A DNA stretch of 64,000 bases from the IMG/VR virus record IMGVR_UViG_2974641675_000001, positions 66,260 to 130,259 of that record; one strand, written 5' to 3'. The stretch is from a virus. A program made the position numbers and the translations under genes. The notes beneath the pieces are model-generated. The model did not search any database and was not told where the DNA came from. It saw nothing but the letters and a program-made list of their open reading frames with translations. This document shows positions 46,901 to 56,360 of the stretch, in pieces. The stretch's first letter is position 1; every line of letters begins with the position of its first letter.

Positions 46901-47698
46901 CTAGGCTGCGGTTTCGAACTTCAAACCGACAGCGCTGACAGACGACAGCAACTCGATATGGTCCGGCATGAGCAGGAGATGGAAGTCGGAGTCGCGAGGA
47001 TCAGCGCTTACTCCTACGCGGATCAAATCACTGGTGTCGCGATTTACATCGACCTGCTGCGGGAACAATACGTACGGATGATGCTGATTGAGCCGAGATA
47101 CGTAGTCCATCAGCGAGATATCGGCGACGAGATCCTTCGACGAATCGAGAACGATACTGGCCATCACAGCTTTCAGGCCCGGAACTCTCTGTTCTTGGAA
47201 GAACGGATCAGCATCACGATTTGCCGTCATGCGGTGGTAAGCGGTTTGTGTTAGCAGCGCTTCGCGCAAAGCACGCACCAGCAATACGGCCTTCTCGATT
47301 GCTTCGTTGGTTTCGGTGATCTCGTCATCATTCCACGAAGCATAGAGCTGGCTGATATAGCCGGAGAAGAAGCGCTCAGTAGCGATGATGAACAACTTGT
47401 GTTCCGGGGACTCGGTCATCATAGTCGGGACCACACCCGCTGCCGCTGGCATGAAGCCGAAGCCAGCGTGAGCACCTGCAATGACGCGCCGCCGCGCTCC
47501 AAAGCGACCGGCGACTGGAGCGTCGCCATGATGTTGGATTGCTTGTTCTTCCGAACCCAAATGCGTTCGGCCGTTGAGGTCTTCCTTGGGAGTATCTGCG
47601 CCACCGGCGATTTCAACCACAGGCGGCAAGCCGGATTCAGCTTGGCCGTCTTTCTTGGTTTCGAAGGTGGTGCCGGTTGCGGTATCGGTAATAGCCAT
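46901..47698 (-). CDS. Hypothetical protein
   Basis: AAGGA RBS before MAITDT. Confidence 0.6.
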   Translation of the reverse strand: MAITDTATGTTFETKKDGQAESGLPPVVEIAGGADTPKEDLNGRTHLGSEEQAIQHHGDAPVAGRFGARRRVIAGAHAGFGFMPAAAGVVPTMMTESPEHKLFIIATERFFSGYISQLYASWNDDEITETNEAIEKAVLLVRALREALLTQTAYHRMTANRDADPFFQEQRVPGLKAVMASIVLDSSKDLVADISLMDYVSRLNQHHPYVLFPQQVDVNRDTSDLIRVGVSADPRDSDFHLLLMPDHIELLSSVSAVGLKFETAA

Positions 47699-47759
47699 GG
47701 TCTTTCCTTTAAGAACAGAGTGGTGAAGTTGGGCCAGTGGTGATGGCCCGGGTAGTGGA

Positions 47760-48758
47760 TCAAGAATTCTTGCGATCGATTTCCTCAATGATCAGAGTTT
47801 CATGGAGGATGAGGCCAAGAGTAACGTGCGCAAGTGTTTGTTGCTGGCGCCGTAGCTCTATGGTTCCGCTCTGATTAATCAGACTCTTGATTTCCTCGAA
47901 ATACGCGTAGACCGCCTGAACATGTGGGAGCTTCAGAGTCGTCTTGCGAGGGCGATATAAGCGATGAGCGTGAAGTTCTTTCGAGTTGGTAAACGTCGTG
48001 ATATGCATCAGGACGGATTGATCTCGTGCAATATGCGCCATAAAGCGTAGCGTAATGCGGCGCTCTGCATAACCTTCAAAGCCAAAATACAGGCACAACG
48101 AAATTAGTTCATCGTCATCGCGAGAGTATTCATCAGCGTAGACCATCTTCTCAATCTTCGACAGATTGATAAGATCGACGACATAATCCATTCTCCGTTG
48201 TTTCTGGTAACTGGGTTGCGTCTTGAGGTCGATCGCGATCGCCATCTGGCCGCTGCAGTAATCCAGATCAGCGATATTCGGAATATCATATTCGGAGATA
48301 TTAGCCGCATCAATTGCAGTCTCGATTGCAGCTTTAGTGGCTGTGTAATTCCCTGCAATGCGATCAATGCGAGCTTGATGGGTCTCACCAGGCCGCGCTG
48401 CATAAATCGCAGCTACGTCCATTACTGGCGCAGGAATCAGGTAATCTTCAATCAACGCAATATGCGTTAGGCCTAATTCTTTCCCGTGTTCAAATACTTC
48501 GCCAACGACATAGCAGCACAGGTTAAACACTGTGCTTGCTTTTTCCCCTACGCGTAGCATGCGCTGAATGTAGGGATGGTCGGCCCTATCAGTTTTTCCA
48601 GCGAGGACGATATACGCGAGTTCGAGGCAGGTAGAACGAAGATTCAGCAGATACTGTTCGGTATCTTGGTGCTCGTGCCGATACTGATGCACTTTTTCTT
48701 TCAGTGCTAGTAACTGTTGCCTTTTCTTATCAATAGACGCGCAGACTAGGTTATGCAT
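47760..48758 (-). CDS. Hypothetical protein
   Basis: GAAGGAG RBS before MHNLV; AT-richer. Confidence 0.6.
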   Translation of the reverse strand: MHNLVCASIDKKRQQLLALKEKVHQYRHEHQDTEQYLLNLRSTCLELAYIVLAGKTDRADHPYIQRMLRVGEKASTVFNLCCYVVGEVFEHGKELGLTHIALIEDYLIPAPVMDVAAIYAARPGETHQARIDRIAGNYTATKAAIETAIDAANISEYDIPNIADLDYCSGQMAIAIDLKTQPSYQKQRRMDYVVDLINLSKIEKMVYADEYSRDDDELISLCLYFGFEGYAERRITLRFMAHIARDQSVLMHITTFTNSKELHAHRLYRPRKTTLKLPHVQAVYAYFEEIKSLINQSGTIELRRQQQTLAHVTLGLILHETLIIEEIDRKNS

Positions 48759-48949
48759 TGTTACTTTCTCCTTCAGGTAGTGCAAATGAGGTTAGGTGTT
48801 ACACTTGACTAGCTACCGTGGCTGAGATTTCACCATTCTTCTTAATTACAGGTTTATCCTCAGACCATACATCAGGGGTCGTAGTAAAAATGTCAGAAAC
48901 TGCATAAAACCCGAGAGCGCTTGCCCTCGGGGTTTCGCGTTTTATGCCG

Positions 48950-49876
48950 TTATTGCTCGGCCGCCGCCAGCGCCTTATTCAGCGCAAGGTAGGCGTTGAT
49001 TTCTGCACGAGCGACCTCTACTGCGGCAGAGAGGATCTGCCGCTGGATCTGGGACATCGATTCCCACGGAATAACAAACCGCAGTTGCTGGTGTTGGCTT
49101 GCCGCTGCATTGTAGGCCTCACGATTTGCCTGCACGGAGTCGTAATACATCCGGTAGACTTGCTCGGCAGAGATGTCGGGCTGATGAACCACGAGATGCA
49201 TCGCCGCACGCGAGATGTCGTTATACGGAAGTGGCTTGAAGATTTCACCGTTAGAGCCAAAGTTGCTCAGGAAAGTCGACAACGACTTAACTACCAATTC
49301 GGTTTGGTCAACTGTGATCAGTCTCGCCACACCTTCCACCACCTTCGGGATACAGAACTCGACATAAGCACTGTCATTCTGGTCGTACAGCGCCACACGA
49401 ATCACCACGTCCCAGTTCGGCTGATCAGGCACACGACGCAGCGTAAAAGAGCTAAGCACCTCCAGCTGCGGTGCCTGTGGATTGAGTTCTGCATAATAAC
49501 CAACGAAACGCCGCACCGATTCGGAGAAGGCGCGGACATTGACTGCATGCGGTGCCAGCTTGTCCTGCATGATGAGGCCGTGCTTGGCCAGTTCGCGTTT
49601 GATGAAACTCTCAACACGAGTCAGCGGGTCCGTAAGCACGTTATAAAGAACGGTGCTAGGTTCTTCCAGAAGGTGGAGTTTTGCCCACTGGTTGCGATCA
49701 ACCGTGTTGAGGGTGGCACGCAGCATGCCGCGCAATTTGGAATAGTGGCCGATCTTCTTAGCACCATCGAAGATCGATGCCAGAGTTTCGACCTCAACCG
49801 GCTTACCGAGTTGCAGGTCGCGTTCCAGGAAATCGCGCAGAGTGACAGCGCATACGGCAGGGGTATCCATTTGCAT
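48950..49876 (-). CDS. Hypothetical protein
   Basis: AAGGA RBS; 308 aa. Confidence 0.65.
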   Translation of the reverse strand: MQMDTPAVCAVTLRDFLERDLQLGKPVEVETLASIFDGAKKIGHYSKLRGMLRATLNTVDRNQWAKLHLLEEPSTVLYNVLTDPLTRVESFIKRELAKHGLIMQDKLAPHAVNVRAFSESVRRFVGYYAELNPQAPQLEVLSSFTLRRVPDQPNWDVVIRVALYDQNDSAYVEFCIPKVVEGVARLITVDQTELVVKSLSTFLSNFGSNGEIFKPLPYNDISRAAMHLVVHQPDISAEQVYRMYYDSVQANREAYNAAASQHQQLRFVIPWESMSQIQRQILSAAVEVARAEINAYLALNKALAAAEQ

Positions 49877-50030
49877 CCTTTGGTTGTTATTCAGGCGGTG
49901 ATTACTTTCCTATCAACACTATCTAGGTGTGGATACAAAAATAATCAGCGGCATAAGAGGCACATTGCCCCAGCTCAAGCCATCTGGCCGCACCCCTACG
50001 CTCAGTAAGGGATTTAGGTTGATGGTCGTG

Positions 50031-50532
50031 GCTGGGGCGTATGCTTTTCATTGAGTGGCGCCAATCGTTCAACAAAGTGATAGCTAAGGGAAGTCTTGGA
50101 GAGCATCAGTCTACCAAGAGCGACACGAAACTAGCATCGGTGTCTATTACGTTATTGCCGAGTCCCACACAGGAACTATTACTCGAAGGGGAGTGTATCT
50201 GGAGCGAGAATCTCACTCAGTTAGGGCATGGTCATTTACCCTCAGATATACGCGAGCGCATCGCTGACGTACGCAAGTATGTCTGCAATCAACGAGGCGC
50301 CGCTGGGACCGTGAGCGACTGCATGTAAGTCTGAGTGAGATATGCTAGCGTACCTACTTCTCACTGTGCCGAACAGCCCTCTCGCTGGCGCAGTCACCTG
50401 CCAGCGTCGATATCGCACGCGGCTGCTCAGGCCGCGGTTGAAGAGGGCTTTGCATCCAGGACACAGGGTACGAGCCAGCCCGAAATACGGAGCTGGCCAA
50501 TGAGAAGTAGGAGTTACGCCAGAAGCCCCAGC
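50031..50532. ncRNA. Candidate ~500-nt structured non-coding RNA
   Basis: Termini pair; nested perfect 11-bp helices 50210-50220/50331-50341 and 50353-50363/50501-50511; several further hairpins; no credible ORF. Confidence 0.5.
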
Positions 50533-50628
50533 TCAGATAGCTGAAGAATCCGAAGATGTTTGTTCTCCTTGTTCTTTGTTGAGTGTTGTGCACTCGTGGT
50601 CAAATAATTAGCCACCCCATGTAATTTC

Positions 50629-50880
50629 TTACAGGGATGCTGTTTTACAGAGATATTCATCAAGCGCTTGTGCAGTGCGATCGATTCTCCATTGATTCAG
50701 TAACACGTTTGCCGAGGCAATTGCAACGGCGGGAGGATCTGGTTCTTCAGTGATCACTCCTGCCGCTAGCTCAGCATCATGTTTAGCCTTAGCACGATGA
50801 TACGCGAGATGCTTATCAAACGTAGCGCGAGCTGTCAACTTCGACGGTGTAGCTGATGCTACGCGCCAGTTGGTCGGCAT
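50629..50880 (-). CDS. Hypothetical protein (start uncertain; overlaps the upstream gene)
   Basis: Fills the gap; 65-nt overlap with 50816-51244. Confidence 0.35.
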   Translation of the reverse strand: MPTNWRVASATPSKLTARATFDKHLAYHRAKAKHDAELAAGVITEEPDPPAVAIASANVLLNQWRIDRTAQALDEYLCKTASL

Positions 50881-51244
50881 GGTCGAAAATCTCCAGCGTG
50901 TAGCGCCAGTTCTTATCGCTCTTCGAGCGGGTCAGCTTGGCGGTTTCCAGACCTTGCTTGAACGCTTGTTTGAAAGCGACAGCATAGTCGATGTAGTAAG
51001 CCAGGTCGCGCTCTTGCTTCCACGACAGACCGATGCTGCTGCGCAGGAAGCCCTGCACGCGGCGCAGTTCCTTGTCCAGAGCAGCGATGTGGACGGTCAG
51101 GTTCGTATAATACTCAACGCTCTTGACTTCGAAGATTTCTTCCTTCACCGGTGCAACCACTTTCGGTGCCGGAGCTTCTTCAGCCATGTTGAAGAAAGCC
51201 AGGATAGCGTGGGAGATACGGTCGATTTTGTTCAGTGCATTCAT
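50816..51244 (-). CDS. Hypothetical protein
   Basis: GGAG RBS; 142 aa. Confidence 0.65.
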   Translation of the reverse strand: MNALNKIDRISHAILAFFNMAEEAPAPKVVAPVKEEIFEVKSVEYYTNLTVHIAALDKELRRVQGFLRSSIGLSWKQERDLAYYIDYAVAFKQAFKQGLETAKLTRSKSDKNWRYTLEIFDHADQLARSISYTVEVDSSRYV

Positions 51245-51284
51245 GATAGACTCCAGTACAGTTGTTAGGTTTTGATCGAAATGA

Positions 51285-51620
51285 TCAGATTGCGCTCAAG
51301 CAGGTATAAGCAGCCTTGTCCCAGCCAGACCACGTTTGGATAGAAACTTCCACACGGGTGCAGCCAGTGCTGCCAACGGGTGTGCGCGTAATCTTCAACT
51401 GACTGAAGTCGCGCTCAGAAAAGCTGGTTACTGCATTGTGAAACGCCATGATGTCTGCCATAGCTTCGGCTTGCAAACCGAAACGACGGGCATAAAAGAG
51501 AGCCTGGAGGCCCTCTATGTGCGCAGCCACACGGCCTTCTTTTACATTAGAGAAAATCTCTTCGCGCGGCAGCTGTTCGATAGCTTCGCGTTCTTCACGA
51601 TAGAGTACAGACACATCCAT
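51285..51620 (-). CDS. Hypothetical protein
   Basis: AGGAG RBS; 111 aa. Confidence 0.6.
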   Translation of the reverse strand: MDVSVLYREEREAIEQLPREEIFSNVKEGRVAAHIEGLQALFYARRFGLQAEAMADIMAFHNAVTSFSERDFSQLKITRTPVGSTGCTRVEVSIQTWSGWDKAAYTCLSAI

Positions 51621-51774
51621 CTCCTAGGAGCATAAGGTGATTAAGCACCGCCACCCAAGAGATGGGCGCGGTGCTACGTTTGTTGCTGCTGCATGTATTG
51701 CCTTCCTACGAACTATCCTTGTTCAGAAGCTGGGCGCTAATTAGGCGCCATAGCAAAGCAACTGCATAAAAGAC

Positions 51775-52125
51775 TTACCAACCGTTCCCTTGGAAACGGA
51801 AGGCTTCACGTTCTGTGTAGGTCATCATCGCTTCCGAGCGACGTTGTGCGTGTTGTGTAGCATCGGCCTTCAGGTTAGCAACCTTGTGACGGATGCTGTA
51901 CTCGCTACGGCCCTTGCCGAGCCAGTAAGTAGCAGCGTCGTCGACAACCTTGAAGACATCCTGCTTACGCTTCTCCCAGCGCGCTGCTTCAGCAGCTTCT
52001 GCAGAGTGAGCACGGTCTTGCTTGGCCATGTCGCAGGCTGCGTTAAGAGCGATACCCAGCAGTCCGCCAATTGCGCGACCAATCAGTTCGCTACCCGAAG
52101 CGGATTTTTTGGTGATGGAGTTCAT
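51775..52125 (-). CDS. Hypothetical protein
   Basis: AAGGA RBS before MNSITKK; Gly-zipper-like IGRAIGGLLG. Confidence 0.6.
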   Translation of the reverse strand: MNSITKKSASGSELIGRAIGGLLGIALNAACDMAKQDRAHSAEAAEAARWEKRKQDVFKVVDDAATYWLGKGRSEYSIRHKVANLKADATQHAQRRSEAMMTYTEREAFRFQGNGW

Positions 52126-52187
52126 GGTGTTTTCCTTTAATCTAGAGTTATGGTGATGTAAATACGTCGTAGGTCGCACCCTACGGT

Positions 52188-52448
52188 TTAAAGGCCTGTC
52201 GCAACAAAGTTGTCGATCAGGAATTCAGCAAAACACAAATCCGTGAGACAGCGCTTCTTACCAGCTGCTTCAACCATGCTGCGAAGATTATTCTCGCGAC
52301 AGTTCTTCTTCCACTGCTCGGTGAAGTCGCTGTGGTCGAGATTCATCGCCGTTTTCAGTTTACTGAGCGCACGTTTGTACAAACGGTCAAACTTGAAGAC
52401 GTCCGTGTGTCCGAACTGTTCCGGATTAATTGGCATGGCCATGTACAT
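52188..52448 (-). CDS. Hypothetical protein
   Basis: AAGGAG RBS; 86 aa. Confidence 0.6.
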   Translation of the reverse strand: MYMAMPINPEQFGHTDVFKFDRLYKRALSKLKTAMNLDHSDFTEQWKKNCRENNLRSMVEAAGKKRCLTDLCFAEFLIDNFVATGL

Positions 52449-52541
52449 TACAACTACTCCTTTTCCTTAATCTATTATTTTGTTTTGATGCAGCTGCATC
52501 GCGGAGGACTACCCGAAGGCAGTCCTTGACGATGAATCCGC

Positions 52542-52868
52542 TTACCACCACCGCGCTACGCAGAATGCCACGAAGCATTCGAGCGAGTCGAACAACTCCG
52601 GATCAGCTTCTCTCGTCGGACCGTAGAACAGCTCGCCCCAGATCGGGAAGGCATGCAACGCACACGGTCGCAGTTCAATCACGATCTTGCAACCGTACAC
52701 GTCAGCCATCAGCGTGTCTTCGGTGCGGTACTCCCACTTCAAGGTCTTCATGAACTTCTCGATGATTCGCTCACCATCGGTGTTGTTCTCGGGACGCTGG
52801 TGCAGGTAGATCACTGCAGCCTGATGATCGCGGGAAAAGTCATCAGCGCATTTGAATACTTGGGACAT
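52542..52868 (-). CDS. Hypothetical protein
   Basis: GAGG RBS; 108 aa. Confidence 0.6.
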   Translation of the reverse strand: MSQVFKCADDFSRDHQAAVIYLHQRPENNTDGERIIEKFMKTLKWEYRTEDTLMADVYGCKIVIELRPCALHAFPIWGELFYGPTREADPELFDSLECFVAFCVARWW

Positions 52869-52883
52869 GGGGTCGTTCCTCTT

Positions 52884-53024
52884 TTAGTAGAGAGATTTGC
52901 CACAATTGCACGGGCCAGAGTAACCATGACGCTCAGCGCCACTGCCGCGACTGAGCAAGCAGTTAGTCTGACTACCATTGATGGTGAAGTACACCCAGCC
53001 CTTAGGAGCGCGAGTAGTTTTCAT
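52884..53024 (-). CDS. Small protein (46 aa) missed by the ORF track
   Basis: AAGGA RBS; MKTTRAPKGWVYFTINGSQTNCLLSRGSGAERHGYSGPCNCGKSLY; tiles the gap exactly. Confidence 0.55.
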   Translation of the reverse strand: MKTTRAPKGWVYFTINGSQTNCLLSRGSGAERHGYSGPCNCGKSLY

Positions 53025-53040
53025 TTCTCTTTCCTTCTAA

Positions 53041-53373
53041 TTAAAGACCAGTCCAGATAAAGTGATCGATCAGGGTGTGCATGTAAATTGCAGCTTGTAG
53101 AAACACTTGATCGATCGGATGACCGTCATCCTTATCGAAGAGTTGTTTGGCATGTTCACTCAACTCTTCTGCGCGACGATCGATATCGAGATGCTGGAAG
53201 CGTTGTCGGTTGTTATTCAGAGCTGCTGCGATTTTACTGAGAGCAGCGTAGCGCAGCTTTTCTTTTAACTCTTTCGGATCAAAGCCGCTAACATCCAAGC
53301 GACGAACATTCTCAAGTTCGTCGCTATGGATCATCGCTGCGTAGGCGCCACCGCCATCAAGATTGAGAAACAT
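53041..53373 (-). CDS. Hypothetical protein
   Basis: AAGGAG RBS; 110 aa. Confidence 0.6.
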   Translation of the reverse strand: MFLNLDGGGAYAAMIHSDELENVRRLDVSGFDPKELKEKLRYAALSKIAAALNNNRQRFQHLDIDRRAEELSEHAKQLFDKDDGHPIDQVFLQAAIYMHTLIDHFIWTGL

Positions 53374-53383
53374 GCTTTTCTCC

Positions 53384-53761
53384 TTAATCGTTCTTCAGGC
53401 CTGCGAAACGGAAGTGGAGCTGACGATTACCATTCTTCTCAGCGAAGTAGAAGACGAAGATATTGGACTTCTCGGGATGATCACGATACCAGACCTTGCA
53501 TTCCCACTGTTCGCTGAATGTCGGAAAGTCGTTGTAGGCCAGTTCGATCGCATCTGCCATAGCGTAGCGCATGATCGCTGATTCCATTGCGACTTCGCTA
53601 GTGTTAGTAGCGTCGATACGTTTCTGCAGCTCGGTGAGGATAGAGTGCAAGACTTCCTTACCGTGACTTGCACCGTCGAGATAGACGCATTTGTTGGTCA
53701 GGTACTTGGCAACTTGTTGCTTAGCAGCTTCTGCGGCGAGACTGATAACATTGCTGATCAT
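53384..53761 (-). CDS. Hypothetical protein
   Basis: GGAG RBS before MISNV. Confidence 0.6.
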   Translation of the reverse strand: MISNVISLAAEAAKQQVAKYLTNKCVYLDGASHGKEVLHSILTELQKRIDATNTSEVAMESAIMRYAMADAIELAYNDFPTFSEQWECKVWYRDHPEKSNIFVFYFAEKNGNRQLHFRFAGLKND

Positions 53762-53836
53762 GATAGACTCCAAAGTTTTTAGTGTTTGTGAAATGCTTAA
53801 TAGAAGGGCCACTCAAGTAAGAAGTGACCAATCTAT

Positions 53837-54268
53837 TTAGCACTCGGAACGAATTACGTATGCTGCTTTTGTTACCTTTGTACCTTTGCTGCAATACTGC
53901 AGCTCGAAATGATCCGTCGATTGGACGTCATTGTCGAAGAACAACCACGCATCGAAATCATCATCGCCAGCAGTGGCGATTGCATGATTTAGGATGCTCA
54001 GGAAGCGCGCGTCTTCCCGTACTACTCGTTGTACTGCTTCCTCGGCTGTGCCGAGTTGTTGGAGTTTGTTGATGCGCAGGTTGCACCAGAACAGCAACAC
54101 CTTGGTCAAACCGTCATGCTCTTTGGTGAGCTTGACGCACTGCATGTTGCGGACTTTGGGAGCAACTGGGCGAACGCTGTGGCCCGACGCCAATACTAAG
54201 CCGCGGAGCATGTGAAACCCCACGAACTTAGCGGTACTACCGGACAACACGTTAGACAGGATACCCAT
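53837..54268 (-). CDS. Hypothetical protein
   Basis: AAGGAG RBS; 143 aa. Confidence 0.6.
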   Translation of the reverse strand: MGILSNVLSGSTAKFVGFHMLRGLVLASGHSVRPVAPKVRNMQCVKLTKEHDGLTKVLLFWCNLRINKLQQLGTAEEAVQRVVREDARFLSILNHAIATAGDDDFDAWLFFDNDVQSTDHFELQYCSKGTKVTKAAYVIRSEC

Positions 54269-54448
54269 GGTAACTCCTTTGCGAAAAAGAAAACAACGAA
54301 AAAGGCAGGGGGAAGAGCTTACGCCCCTCCCCCTTTTTAAGTGCTGGGTTCCGAATGGAACCAGCTAAAGGAAAAGGAACCACTAGCACATTGCTAGTAT
54401 TGTTCAAGGTTAGAATATGTGGTTGAAAATTATTTCATTTGATCTTAA

Positions 54449-54490
54449 CGGCATAAAAGCGAGAGGGGCAAGCGCCCCTCTCGCTATGCC
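54449..54490 (-). terminator. GCATAA/TATG-flanked hairpin
   Basis: CGGCATAAAAGCGAGAGGGGC-AAGC-GCCCCTCTCGCTATGCC. Confidence 0.6.
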
Positions 54491-55287
54491 TGCGGCGTAG
54501 TGGTGTGAGTTGTGCGATGGAAGAAAACCGCGTGATTAGAGCCGACTGGAATACGGTCCTTTATCGCCGTTGCAAGCCTGACCATGATCTGTGGCAGAGC
54601 ATTCAGATTCTTACCGGCGTTAACGGTAGCATCTGCCTGCAGTGTTACAGATACATGGACGGTGCCTGTCGTATTACGCTTCTTACAGTTATCAATCACA
54701 AAGCGCTCACCATTGCCAGTGCTAGTCACCGCATAGGTTTTGAGCTGTTCTGCTGCATCAACAATACAAGCCCAGCCGTCTTGCGCCATCGCCTCGATCA
54801 TTTCATCAACTAGAATCGGGATGGAGTCTACCCCAATTTCCAAATCACGCAGTTTGTGCCAGCGGTCCTTGTGATAAGCACTAATCGAGCTAGTTACGTG
54901 GTCACTAATCTTTCCAGTGGCATCGTACTTACCGATAACGCTAACCGTTAGTCGCACCGGGCGTTGTTTCTGCTTAGAAATGACGTTGAGCTGATTACAG
55001 ATATCGATGCAGGCACTCTTCTGATCACTGGGTTCAGATAGAGCCGCTGCATAAGACGCTAAGTCCGTGAACGGAACGAGCTTGTCATCTGTCTTGTTTT
55101 TCGGAGCAGGGGGCTCTTCCGGCAATGCAACTTCCGGCTCGCCGGAAGAGTCCCTTGGTGCTTCCTGTTCACTATCTTCCCGCATCTCTTTGGTTATCTC
55201 TTTGGGAAGAATGACGGCACCGATAGCAACCAAAGCATACCCCACCACGGCGCGGATGCTCAGCAGAAGGCGTGTGAGTAGTTTCAT
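54484..55287 (-). CDS. Membrane-anchored hypothetical protein
   Basis: GGAGG RBS; N-terminal TM AVVGYALVAIGAVILP. Confidence 0.6.
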   Translation of the reverse strand: MKLLTRLLLSIRAVVGYALVAIGAVILPKEITKEMREDSEQEAPRDSSGEPEVALPEEPPAPKNKTDDKLVPFTDLASYAAALSEPSDQKSACIDICNQLNVISKQKQRPVRLTVSVIGKYDATGKISDHVTSSISAYHKDRWHKLRDLEIGVDSIPILVDEMIEAMAQDGWACIVDAAEQLKTYAVTSTGNGERFVIDNCKKRNTTGTVHVSVTLQADATVNAGKNLNALPQIMVRLATAIKDRIPVGSNHAVFFHRTTHTTTPQA

Positions 55288-56297
55288 TTTCCTCCTTTGA
55301 GGAGCATAGCAACGAAGGTCTCGTTGATCTTGTTGATGAGTGCGTACTTGATCGTTTCACCCCGGTCGACCAAATAAGTCGGCGGGTTTACGATCTCGCG
55401 CTCTTTGATCACCGGGATCAGGCGATCAATCACAGCAGCGATTACGCCAGCATACTGATTGAATACCGCCGACCAATCACCCGAAGCGATCAGTGGAATG
55501 ATCTTCCGCAGTTGGCGAACTTCAGGGTCTTCGCCCATCACTTCCAGATAATGATCAAACAGCTCGCCCAAAGTGAGCGTGCGGTTAAGACCAAGCCACG
55601 GAATCATCCGGCTAGTGGTAGCTGCCCAACCCATCAGCAGTCGATACAGGCCATCCGTAACTTCTGAACGCCGTACTTCTTCCCAGCACTTGATGATCTC
55701 CACAGCTTTGGCGGCACGACCGTAACCAGTGTGCTTGTACTTGTTCGGATCGTACGAAACCATTGCGAAGTGATGCAACTGGGTTACCACTTCCAGAGCA
55801 TTCCAGGACAGCTGAATATTGTCCAAAGCGATGCGGAAATCCAGATTACAGCGGCTGATCTCCTGCACGAAGAAGTCGAAGCTCACGAAGTTCAGCTGGA
55901 TACGAGTCTCTCTGACATCGCACCGACCCATCGGCGCCATTCCGCCTGGTGTTATGCTAATGGCTTCGATACTGAGATTGTGGAGCTGCTTAAGCGTGAA
56001 CGAGATCTGCGGCGGCAGGATGTCTTCTTCCTTGAACTGCCGGGTGTCAAAGTTGATGGCCTTGACATACTGGATCAGCGGACCGTGATACACGACGTAG
56101 AAGTCGTAATCCGAGTCCGGGCCAGCGTAACCTTTTGCCTGCGAGCCAAACAGGCCAGCAAACAAGAGCGTGATGTTGTATTGCTTGGCGATTTCTTCCA
56201 AGCGTTCTTTGACATGCGGCAGATACCATTGCTTAGCTGCTTTGTGTGCTGCACGCTGTTGTTCGAGTGCTACCGTTGTCATCCTTATTCCCGCCAT
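55284..56297 (-). CDS. Pol-beta-superfamily nucleotidyltransferase (RlaP/PF10127-like)
   Basis: LFAGLFGSQAKGYAGPDSDYDFYVVY. Confidence 0.75.
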   Translation of the reverse strand: MAGIRMTTVALEQQRAAHKAAKQWYLPHVKERLEEIAKQYNITLLFAGLFGSQAKGYAGPDSDYDFYVVYHGPLIQYVKAINFDTRQFKEEDILPPQISFTLKQLHNLSIEAISITPGGMAPMGRCDVRETRIQLNFVSFDFFVQEISRCNLDFRIALDNIQLSWNALEVVTQLHHFAMVSYDPNKYKHTGYGRAAKAVEIIKCWEEVRRSEVTDGLYRLLMGWAATTSRMIPWLGLNRTLTLGELFDHYLEVMGEDPEVRQLRKIIPLIASGDWSAVFNQYAGVIAAVIDRLIPVIKEREIVNPPTYLVDRGETIKYALINKINETFVAMLLKGGK

Positions 56298-56360
56298 TCA
56301 GTAGTTCATTAGTGACTAGGCCGTGCTTAGTTTCAAACACGGCCTAGCCCTGAAGATGGA

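Noticed and set aside
50031-50532. tmRNA, tRNA, RNase P or group I/II intron identity for the structured region
   Set aside because: GGGGC/GCCCC ends are suggestive, but I found no T-loop or CCA, no RNase P P4 pairing, no group II domain V and no interrupted gene
52884-53024. 46-aa ORF ending in CNC as a second rSAM substrate
   Set aside because: About 30 kb from the cluster, in an early operon, and lacks the HTH module
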